From NCBI GenBank assembly GCA_038882955.1, contig JAVZNC010000001.1, positions 96,001 through 160,000 of the forward strand: DNA of 64,000 nt. The letters run 5' to 3'. The DNA is from Candidatus Bathyarchaeia archaeon. Its GTDB lineage: Archaea > Thermoproteota > Bathyarchaeia > Bathyarchaeales > Bathycorpusculaceae. The position numbers were made by a program, and so were the translations under genes. Below the pieces are notes generated by a model, which worked only from the letters and a program-made list of their open reading frames with translations, was not told the origin of the DNA and did not search any database. Shown here piece by piece: positions 18,575 through 26,772 of the stretch; the first letter of the stretch is position 1, and the number at the start of each line of letters is the position of its first letter.

Positions 18575-19921
18575 TTATTCACTCATAAATTCTAACAAAA
18601 GAAAAACTAGTGCTATTGCCATGAGTTCCCAGAACACTGTAACATATTCATCAGCTATCACCTTAATAGGCGTAATTGAATTCAGAGTCATCGTTGTTGA
18701 ATAGAAAATCACGGGACATAGTAATGTTCCAGAAAAATTATAGAATGTTCCAAGAAAAGCTGCTAAAAAGAAGAAGTAAATTAATTCGAGTAGAAGATGA
18801 GATGGATTAAGTGGAAATATTGAAAATCGATATACTGCAAAAAGGATTGATGCTATAAGCAGAGCCTTTACAGAATCAAACTTTTTTCCGAGTTCACTCT
18901 GAAGATATCCTCGAAAAAGGGTTTCGCCAACTAAGCTAATAAAAAAACCAAGAAAAATGAATAATAAACACTCTATAAGCGACGGAGAAGGAAAAACATA
19001 GTATTCCGCAAAAAATCCTGGTAAGAAAAAGACTACAAAATTATATGCCACAGCCAAGAATAAACTACCATACATACATTTGTAAAAGCTTCTAGGCCAC
19101 CGATAACCATATTCTTTGAGATTTGAATCTTTTCCTATAACAATAAAGAAGAATAAGACAAGATACATGAATTGAATCAAAAGCTGTAGAGAATAGTGAA
19201 TTGTGTCGGAAAAAAGGGATTTAGATATAAGCGCATTTGCAATTTGCCACGATAGTATAAGAAATACATAAAAAAGAACAACTCTTTTGGTTTTAATTGA
19301 GAAACTTGCAGTTTTAGTGACAACAGATCTTCTAGAACGTTTGGAAATTTTAATAGGACCCACTATCAACATACAGAAACCGAGAAAAACGAGTGCAATC
19401 AAATATACTGCAAGATAACTAAAAATCATTAAGTCACGTATTGTGGTTCGTATGACTACTGATATAGGAAAATATGTAACGTCTTGAAGGTAGCATTCTT
19501 TTCCATCATACCAGTATAATTCTATTTTAACATCATAAGATGTTGGCTTTAAGGTCTCCAGTGAAGGAATGTTATAATACCGCGTAATGCTACTTCCCAC
19601 ATTACACTGCCATGTCTTATAGTTCGTGTTATTGAACTCATTCCACCAAATTTCATCATTGAGGTAGATCATTAAGAAGAAAGAGGGAATGCCATATTCA
19701 TTTGCTGAACAGTTGGTGTTATGCACCGTCAAACGCCAAATGTTATTTTCCCCCTCATAGACCACTCTTGGGCAATCAATTTTTTCAAAATATGCTCCTA
19801 AAGCCCCACTTTTTTCAGGTATCTGCACTGAATATAAATAATTCAAACAACCTATAATTATGACTGTGAAAATAAATAAAAAAATGAGGCATGTTTTAAA
19901 TTTCACATCGTAACCTCTCAC
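18575..19921 (-). CDS. CPBP (Abi/CAAX-protease-like) intramembrane protein with N-terminal extracellular domain; catalytic motifs degenerate
   Basis: GETLFRGYLQ resembles EExxFRG; multiple TM helices; His motifs replaced (FAVYR, FYSTT). Confidence 0.75.
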   Translation of the reverse strand: MRGYDVKFKTCLIFLFIFTVIIIGCLNYLYSVQIPEKSGALGAYFEKIDCPRVVYEGENNIWRLTVHNTNCSANEYGIPSFFLMIYLNDEIWWNEFNNTNYKTWQCNVGSSITRYYNIPSLETLKPTSYDVKIELYWYDGKECYLQDVTYFPISVVIRTTIRDLMIFSYLAVYLIALVFLGFCMLIVGPIKISKRSRRSVVTKTASFSIKTKRVVLFYVFLILSWQIANALISKSLFSDTIHYSLQLLIQFMYLVLFFFIVIGKDSNLKEYGYRWPRSFYKCMYGSLFLAVAYNFVVFFLPGFFAEYYVFPSPSLIECLLFIFLGFFISLVGETLFRGYLQSELGKKFDSVKALLIASILFAVYRFSIFPLNPSHLLLELIYFFFLAAFLGTFYNFSGTLLCPVIFYSTTMTLNSITPIKVIADEYVTVFWELMAIALVFLLLEFMSE

Positions 19922-20003
19922 TTAAGTTACAAATATGAGATGACATAAGCTTTACGCAATTTTGACTCATTTATAGAAAAAGAAGGGGAAGTATTGTTAA
20001 CTA

Positions 20004-23000
20004 TTATGGGTCTGTTTCTCCGAAGTGAGTTGAGAGGATGATGGCGTCGAAGATATCTATTTCGTTTGTGTTGTCGATGTCTGCGTTTGGGTTCCAGTTT
20101 GGATCGCCTTGTTTGGCGCCGAAGGATGTGCTTAACAGTATTGCGTCGTAGATGTCTATTGTTCCGTCTCCGTTGATGTCGCCTGGAATGCCAACGTAAA
20201 CTATGCCATCGCTAAACGTGTTGTCCGCGGTTTCGGTTTCGCTTGGAACAGGCCAAGCATAAGCCCACATCGTATAATTGCCCTTAGTAAAACCACTAGT
20301 GTCCCATGCGAAGGTTAACGTGATATTCTCACCCGAATTTAAGGTTATTTCTTGTGTTCCGATTTCGGTGGAGTTTGCATAGGCAGTTACGTTGAAAGTT
20401 TCAGAATAGTCGCCTTGATTCTCAACAGTTACATAAACGCTACAAGTGAAGTTATTACCAACAGTGGGCATAGGCGAACATCCAGTCTTGGAAGTTGTAA
20501 TGTTTTTGACGGAAACATCATGCACATAAACAGCGTATGGGCAAGTTATCACTGCAGCCTCAATCTGCCATATGGTGCCAGGTGGATTAACTATTGACCC
20601 AGGATAGCCGATGATTGCAAGTGGGCCGCCTGGACATGGCTGTATTATGACTTTGTACATGTCGTGTGAGACCAAGTTAGCTTTGTTGTGTGTAATGTAT
20701 GGTGGTTCAGGTGGTGGGTGAACATGCGGGACTGGAACATTGCCCGGTCCTCCTGCTTCTGCATTGTCGTTTATTGGGTCGCTTAATACTATTTCCCATG
20801 TAGTAGCGTTTAAGCCTGCAACTGTGACGTAATGTGCACCTTCATCGTAGCGGTACCATTCAACGCCGTTATAGTACCATGGAGCAATAAGTAAGACAAC
20901 GTCTTGGCATCTCATAACTTCATCTACGATAAGTTCCCATGGAGGCGCCATCACTGTATGTTCATAGAACATTCCGCTTAAGCCCATATTCATCTGCACA
21001 AGCATAAGATCATTCATGTTTATGACATTGTCAGCTGTTGGTGGATATGTCGTCGTTGCTGGCCATATGTCGGCTCTGATGTCCCAGCCTGGCATTCCTG
21101 GACTTGTTCCCCAAGCAGCAAGAACTATTGCTTGGTCATTCTGGGTGACAATTCCGTCTCCGTCCACATCTCCAAGCGGGTTCACTCCGGTCCACGATAG
21201 ATAGTGCGTCAGTCCAGCTTGCATGTCGAAGACATTTGTACCAAGCTTAACAATGCCTGTTCTTAAGCCGTTCGTATCCATCAAATATGCCAAATGCTCA
21301 ACCAACGGCTGAACGTTCTGCGGGTCATGGTCGTCCCATGGACCGTAGGCTTGAACCAGCGGATAGTTGTCAATTATTGTTGGTGGAGGCACAGTGTTTG
21401 GCTCGAACTCTGAGTCTAGCCACCAAAGCGAGTTTGCAACAGCAACTGGTCCACAGTGGCTCCAGCGTTGCGCAGAATCCCACCAGGGGTAGGTGCCGAG
21501 TTGTCTTTGGTCGAAGTCTGGCATTCCACTCGGAGCGTAATCTGGGAATGGGGGCTTCATGTACCATGATGGTGACGGAGGAGGTCCCTCCGTTATTTTC
21601 TTAACAGTGATGTCTAACGCTACTTCGTCGACTAGGCACCGCATAGTTCCGTCGGGGCTTTGAAGTTCGAGGATGTCAAAGTGGCTGAGGATTCCATTAC
21701 AGTTGTCGTACCACTTCTCGATTGTAAGTGGATAGCCAAATCGGTTGGTTGGACAGACTACTTCCCAACCAGTGTATAATGGGTTTGTCTTTGGATAGTA
21801 CATTAGCTTCCAATTGTACATGGCATCAAGATACTCTACGTATATCCGTTCTCCTACCGTGAATGGCATGGTTGGGTCAACATCGTTTACTGTGAGGTTG
21901 AGGGTAAGTGTCACGTTTTCTACATGATACTTGTCGGTCGGACCAGTTGGCAGAAGCGTCAGAGTGATGTTATAGCAAGGACTTAGCTGTCTTTCGCCAG
22001 GGCCTTCCCAATCTAATGTGTAATAGTCATTGACGCAGCAGTTAGGGTAAAGTTCATGCCAAACTATGCCATAGGTTATGTCATAGGGAGCGATAAACTC
22101 CTCGTTGAGGATTACGTCTATTGAAATTTCTTCAACGTGCCACCAACCATAATAGAAGTCTATGTTCAAATCGTACATTTCAATGTAGTCGCAGGAGTCA
22201 AGCACTCCGTTACAGTTGTCTATCCAACTAGTAATGTTCATAGAAGCGGAATAGGATGGGTAGACTTCGTGCCATGTTGAGTTTACCACCGTTGTCTTAA
22301 TATTGTACATCGTCTCGAAAGGCCCTTTATATTCGATGCACATTTCTTGCATAGGATCGCTTTCATTGATTACCCTCATTGTAAAAGTTACCCTGTCAAC
22401 ATAGTACCATTTTGTCATTCCACTTGTCTGGTTAATCATTTCAATGTGATCGCCGGGGCTAAGCATTTCATGGAACAATATGTCTTCAGGTGGTTCTTCC
22501 CAACGGGTGGTAAGGTGGTAGTTGCAGAAGTTTGGGTAAAGTTCATGCCACTCGATGCCAATAGGGTTCGTAACTTTTTCGTTTAGGATCAGATCCGTAG
22601 CATATTCTTCAACGTGCCACCAAAGTCCTGGCCATTGTCCGAACTCGATCCAGTCGCAGACGCCCAGATAGCCTGTGTTACCTATCCCAGTGTCTTGCCA
22701 GTTAACGATGTGGTATGGGTTTCCTGGACCGAACACTCCATGGTAGACGGGCCATACTTCGTGCCATAGGGTGCATATGGGTTGAATATATGGGTTGTAT
22801 GGTCCTTTAAATTCAACGTATATCTCTTCGTCATGCGTGTTCCGCAACTTCATTGTCATTGTTACTCTGTCTACATGGAACCAGTGCATTTTTTGAGAAC
22901 CGATGATAGTCATGCCGAATTGGTCAGAAGAGTCAAGATAACCGTTGCCGTTGTCTGCCCAAGCCCAGAGATGCCAGTTTTCGCAGTACGTGGGGTAAAG

Positions 23001-23240
23001 TTCGTGCCAAATGAAGCCAACTGGGTTAGTTAGGTCTATTATTCCTATTGTTGAGTGCATGTGGATGGGTGTGAGAGGTAGACCGTGCATGTGGATAGGT
23101 GTTAAAGAAGGACCATGAAGATAAATGAGCCCCTCGGACTGTGCTATTGCAGGTAGTTTCAAGTTAACTAGCAGCAGAGATGAAAACAGCAAAGCCAAGG
23201 TGAAAATAATAGAAACCCTCTTCTTATTAGACGTTGACAT
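20004..23240 (-). CDS. Large secreted protein: six WHExYP repeats, papain/C39-like cysteine peptidase with nested dockerin, CARDB, C-terminal dockerin
   Basis: Signal peptide (MSTSNKK start with GGGGAG RBS; ORF extends to 23270). FDQ...HCGPVAVANSL, AHYVTVAG and LSDP give a Gln/Cys/His/Asp pattern. Two dockerin-type GD(V/I)(D/N)GDG motifs. Confidence 0.8.
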   Translation of the reverse strand: MSTSNKKRVSIIFTLALLFSSLLLVNLKLPAIAQSEGLIYLHGPSLTPIHMHGLPLTPIHMHSTIGIIDLTNPVGFIWHELYPTYCENWHLWAWADNGNGYLDSSDQFGMTIIGSQKMHWFHVDRVTMTMKLRNTHDEEIYVEFKGPYNPYIQPICTLWHEVWPVYHGVFGPGNPYHIVNWQDTGIGNTGYLGVCDWIEFGQWPGLWWHVEEYATDLILNEKVTNPIGIEWHELYPNFCNYHLTTRWEEPPEDILFHEMLSPGDHIEMINQTSGMTKWYYVDRVTFTMRVINESDPMQEMCIEYKGPFETMYNIKTTVVNSTWHEVYPSYSASMNITSWIDNCNGVLDSCDYIEMYDLNIDFYYGWWHVEEISIDVILNEEFIAPYDITYGIVWHELYPNCCVNDYYTLDWEGPGERQLSPCYNITLTLLPTGPTDKYHVENVTLTLNLTVNDVDPTMPFTVGERIYVEYLDAMYNWKLMYYPKTNPLYTGWEVVCPTNRFGYPLTIEKWYDNCNGILSHFDILELQSPDGTMRCLVDEVALDITVKKITEGPPPSPSWYMKPPFPDYAPSGMPDFDQRQLGTYPWWDSAQRWSHCGPVAVANSLWWLDSEFEPNTVPPPTIIDNYPLVQAYGPWDDHDPQNVQPLVEHLAYLMDTNGLRTGIVKLGTNVFDMQAGLTHYLSWTGVNPLGDVDGDGIVTQNDQAIVLAAWGTSPGMPGWDIRADIWPATTTYPPTADNVINMNDLMLVQMNMGLSGMFYEHTVMAPPWELIVDEVMRCQDVVLLIAPWYYNGVEWYRYDEGAHYVTVAGLNATTWEIVLSDPINDNAEAGGPGNVPVPHVHPPPEPPYITHNKANLVSHDMYKVIIQPCPGGPLAIIGYPGSIVNPPGTIWQIEAAVITCPYAVYVHDVSVKNITTSKTGCSPMPTVGNNFTCSVYVTVENQGDYSETFNVTAYANSTEIGTQEITLNSGENITLTFAWDTSGFTKGNYTMWAYAWPVPSETETADNTFSDGIVYVGIPGDINGDGTIDIYDAILLSTSFGAKQGDPNWNPNADIDNTNEIDIFDAIILSTHFGETDP

Positions 23241-23448
23241 TTTCCTTTCTCCCCGTGTTTTATTTTTCACAAAATTTTAAGTATCAGCGATTGCTGAATT
23301 CTTAAAATCTTGTAAACATTATATAAATGAACGAACAGCAAAAAAGTTTTTGGTATTGACTTGAAATGTCTTCTAAATTTCTCGAAAAAGGTTACTTCGC
23401 TCATCATAAACAAGCAAAATCATACTCTTGGCTCAAAAAGATTTTAGC

Positions 23449-25215
23449 CTAACTTTCAGCGATTTTCTTCAGTTGCTTCTGGTACATCTCAACAATTTCG
23501 CTTGCGGTTGTTGCGTCTTCTGCTGCTTTGTCGATTCTGTAGCTGCCAGTGAACCTTGGGAAGCGTATTGCCAAGCCGCTTCCTTGACGTATCGCGTTCA
23601 TTGCGCATGTGTGGATTGGGCTTAGGGTTATTTCTGCGCCTAAGATTTCTAGCACTATTTTTGGTTCTAACCATATGTCTGCTTCTATCAGCGAGTTTAC
23701 TCTTGGATGCTTATGCTGTATAACGTGTGGCTTCAGCATCTGCGGCAATTTTGCCAAGTCTTCGTCTGTAAACCCGGTTCCGCATTTAGTAACTGTTTCG
23801 AACGTGTCATTTTCTGGATTGTACGCCGCCAATAATAGTGCGCCGTAAGTTCCTGCACGTTTTCCACGCCCATAAAAAGCTCCAACCACAACCAAATCCA
23901 CAGTGTCTGTCATTTCGCTCTTGTAGTCGCGTTTGTATTTTATCCACAACCAACCCCTCGCACCCGCTTGGTAAACGGCATCTTCAGCTACTGATTTGCA
24001 TACTAGGCCCTCGCAGCCGTCTTCTATTGCCTCTAGAAAGAACTTTTCCAGTTCTTTTGCATTGCTTGTTATTATGTGTTTGGCGATTTGCACTCTTTCG
24101 CCTTCAATTATTGCCTTTTCAAGTGCTTTTCTCCTTTTCGGGTAGGGCTCCAATGTTAGGTCTTTTCCATCTATGTATAGCGCGTCAAACATGAAAAGCG
24201 AGACGGGATATTCTTCTATTGCTTTTTCGATTTCATATTTGCGTCTTCTGTGCATTAGTTCCTGGAAGGGCCGCATTTCGCCTGTGTCTAGGTCTATTGC
24301 TACACATTCCGCCTCTAAAATGGCGTCTTTTGCCTTCACATGCTTTTTAACGAGTTCTATGGCGTCTGGATACTGGCTTGAAATGTTTTCTAGACGTCTG
24401 GAAAAGAGTATTACCTCATCGCCTTTCTTGTGTATCTGGACACGTTCACCGTCGTACTTATATTCTGCTATACATTTCCCACCAAGCTTTTCCAAAATCT
24501 CCTCTGGAGATGAAAGCCTTTCAGCTAGCATAGGCCTTATCGGCTCGCCTATTAGGACTTGGAACTCCTTCATTCCTTCAAGTCCTTTTTCGGCTACGGT
24601 TTTTGCCACTCTCCCAAGGTCCGAGGAAATGTTGTAGGCTCTTTCAATTAGCTCACGGGCTTCTTTTCCTCCGCCGTAGGCTATCGCCAAAGCGTCAAGA
24701 ACAGTCATGTCCGCTATTCCCAAGCGCAAGTTTCCAGTAACCGTCCGCATGATATATTTTGCCTCTTTTGGCGTTGCATCCGCCAGAAGCCCAGCTAACA
24801 ACGCGGTTTTTGTGTCCACTGCCCCGCTGCCCGAAGCCTTAGCCATTTTATCAAGCGTCTCGTATACTCTTTGGACTGTTAGGGGTTTTTGGAAGAATGT
24901 CACCTGTCTCTTTTTTGCTATAAATTTTTGGGCTGTTTCACCTATGTCTCCGCTTTTCTTCAAGTCTTCTTCGATTTCGGTTTCTTTTGCGCCAGAAGCC
25001 CGCGCTAGGGCTTTTATGGCAAGTTTTTCTGCTACGCCTATTTCTAGGCCCACGAAGTCTGGGTAGATTTTGCCTTGCGTCAAGTAGACGACTTTGTCGA
25101 TTATTTCTTTTGGCGTGCTTTTTAGAAGGTTGACTAGGAGGTCTGTCATTTCAAGCCTTTTTGTTGTGGCCTCAATTTGCTCGTAGATGTCGGCGATTTG
25201 GAGATACTGCAACAA
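23449..25215 (-). CDS. lig: ATP-dependent DNA ligase
   Basis: EYKYDGERVQIH adenylation motif; EGLVCK; WIKYKRDY; RFPRF. Confidence 0.97.
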   Translation of the reverse strand: MLQYLQIADIYEQIEATTKRLEMTDLLVNLLKSTPKEIIDKVVYLTQGKIYPDFVGLEIGVAEKLAIKALARASGAKETEIEEDLKKSGDIGETAQKFIAKKRQVTFFQKPLTVQRVYETLDKMAKASGSGAVDTKTALLAGLLADATPKEAKYIMRTVTGNLRLGIADMTVLDALAIAYGGGKEARELIERAYNISSDLGRVAKTVAEKGLEGMKEFQVLIGEPIRPMLAERLSSPEEILEKLGGKCIAEYKYDGERVQIHKKGDEVILFSRRLENISSQYPDAIELVKKHVKAKDAILEAECVAIDLDTGEMRPFQELMHRRRKYEIEKAIEEYPVSLFMFDALYIDGKDLTLEPYPKRRKALEKAIIEGERVQIAKHIITSNAKELEKFFLEAIEDGCEGLVCKSVAEDAVYQAGARGWLWIKYKRDYKSEMTDTVDLVVVGAFYGRGKRAGTYGALLLAAYNPENDTFETVTKCGTGFTDEDLAKLPQMLKPHVIQHKHPRVNSLIEADIWLEPKIVLEILGAEITLSPIHTCAMNAIRQGSGLAIRFPRFTGSYRIDKAAEDATTASEIVEMYQKQLKKIAES

Positions 25216-25252
25216 TTAGTGCCTCGTTAATAATTATGTCAACGCTGAGATA

Positions 25253-26023
25253 TTAGATTTTCATTTTGTCAAGTTCTTTTAAAAATTCAGCAAGCCTTTC
25301 TATGGCTAGTTTCCAGGCGAATTCGCCTTTTTCTTTCGAAGCCTTTGTCGGGTCGCCTATAACTCCAGTTTCGCTCAGTTCTTTTGTTCTGAAACTCCAC
25401 GAGACTTTTGGGCCTATCTCCTTTAATCCTATTTTCACGTATTTTGATTCTGGAAGCCTTATCTCAGCCTTCTTAATTCTTTCTTTAACTACGCAGTTTT
25501 CTCTGTTGGCCAGCGTTGTGGATGTTTCGAATTCTCCAGCATGTGCGTCATGTGATGTTTCTATGTGCTTTTCGATGAAGTCTGGTATGAGACTGACTGT
25601 ATCGATGGCTACGAATGCGTTTGTGTCCATCTTGACCCTTTGGGCTGTGGCTTCTAAGGCATGAGTATTTCCGCCATGACCATTTTCGAACACTATTTTT
25701 CTGAACCCATGCTCTGTTAGGGAGTGAGCCACCTCGTAGGCTAGTTGCTCCAGCGTGTTTGATGAAAGCGTAACTGTTCCTGTGAAGTCCATGTGATGCT
25801 GTGAAACTCCATAATATATTGGTGGAGCCACAAGTGCGCACTGTGCCATTTCAGCGGCCTTTAATGAAAGCCATAAAGCATCATAAGCGTCTGTGTCAAG
25901 CGGTAAATGTGGGCCGTGCTGTTCGCAGCTTCCAACTGGTATTATGGCTACATTGTGTTTTGAAAGGAATTCTTTTATGTCGACCCATGTGAGCTCGCCC
26001 ATGTAGTAGCTGCGCATCTTCAT
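25253..26023 (-). CDS. Creatininase family amidohydrolase
   Basis: PVGSCEQHGPHLPLDTD; NGHGGN; HAGEFETS; GVIGDP. Confidence 0.92.
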   Translation of the reverse strand: MKMRSYYMGELTWVDIKEFLSKHNVAIIPVGSCEQHGPHLPLDTDAYDALWLSLKAAEMAQCALVAPPIYYGVSQHHMDFTGTVTLSSNTLEQLAYEVAHSLTEHGFRKIVFENGHGGNTHALEATAQRVKMDTNAFVAIDTVSLIPDFIEKHIETSHDAHAGEFETSTTLANRENCVVKERIKKAEIRLPESKYVKIGLKEIGPKVSWSFRTKELSETGVIGDPTKASKEKGEFAWKLAIERLAEFLKELDKMKI

Positions 26024-26029
26024 ACTCTT

Positions 26030-26563
26030 TCACCCAAAAGTTTCGTAGTGAACCACTTGTTGTATAGGTCTTCTTTTAGGTGGTTGAGGAGCCCCGTCTG
26101 GATAGCCCACTGGGATTATTGCGACTGGGCGTATGCCATTCGGAATTTTTAATACTTCTCGTGCCTCTTCTTCTCTGAAGGCTCCAATCCAGCATGTGCC
26201 TAAACCAAGCGAGTATGCAGCTAAATGTATGTTTTGGATGGCTGCAGCCGTGTCCTGTATGCAATATAAGGTTTTTCCGCGTGAACCGTAGCCTCGTGCT
26301 GAACGCTCTTCATTAGCGCATACAACTATCACGACTGGAGCTTCTGCAATAAACTCTTGACCAAGCGCGGCATCCACAAGCTTTCGTTTAATTTCGCTGT
26401 TCCGCACAACTATGAACTCCCATGGCTGAATATTTCCAGCAGAAGGTGCCCAACATGCAGCCTCAATAAGCTTTTTAACTGTTTCTTCTGAGACATTTTG
26501 GCTTTTGAATGCTCTTATGCTTCTTCTACCCTTGATGGCTTCTAGAACTTCCACAATCTTCAT
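26030..26563 (-). CDS. Nitroreductase family protein
   Basis: RRSIRAF; APSAGNIQPWEFIVV; LGLGTCWIG; PVGYP. Confidence 0.93.
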   Translation of the reverse strand: MKIVEVLEAIKGRRSIRAFKSQNVSEETVKKLIEAACWAPSAGNIQPWEFIVVRNSEIKRKLVDAALGQEFIAEAPVVIVVCANEERSARGYGSRGKTLYCIQDTAAAIQNIHLAAYSLGLGTCWIGAFREEEAREVLKIPNGIRPVAIIPVGYPDGAPQPPKRRPIQQVVHYETFG

Positions 26564-26633
26564 CTCCTCATGGTGGTTGTGTATGCTATTTTAGTGGAAA
26601 AAGCCTTAAGTTTTGCCATGCTGAGTATATTTT

Positions 26634-26703
26634 GGATGATGACGCAGAGAGTCAATAGAGCTTCTATCATGGCTGTGATATGGCTCGACGGGCGAACTGA
26701 CAT
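26634..26703 (+). ncRNA. Box C/D sRNA (2'-O-methylation guide); predicted targets 23S C1920 and 16S C1402 (E. coli numbering)
   Basis: C box ATGATGA 26636-26642; D' variant TAGA 26656-26659; C'-like TGTGATA 26674-26680; D box CTGA 26697-26700. BRE/TATA GAAAAAG-CCTTAAG lies ~25 nt upstream and a T-run follows. Guides agagagtca and cgacgggcg complement conserved rRNA segments. Confidence 0.75.
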
Positions 26704-26772
26704 TTTTTCTAAGGAAAATTTATCAGTGCAAAAAGCGAATGAGAAAGGAATTAACATCTAGAAGTCTAGTGG

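Noticed and set aside
12179-19921. AT-rich segment as a prophage or mobile island
   Set aside because: No integrase, transposase, tRNA attachment site, terminal repeats or virion genes were seen.
395-23240. A true cellulosome for polysaccharide degradation
   Set aside because: No glycoside hydrolase or CBM motif was recognised among the dockerin-bearing proteins here; cargo elsewhere in the genome cannot be excluded.
26560-26761. Two short overlapping ORFs (65 aa minus, 63 aa plus)
   Set aside because: No protein-like motifs; the region is better explained by divergent promoters and the C/D-box sRNA.
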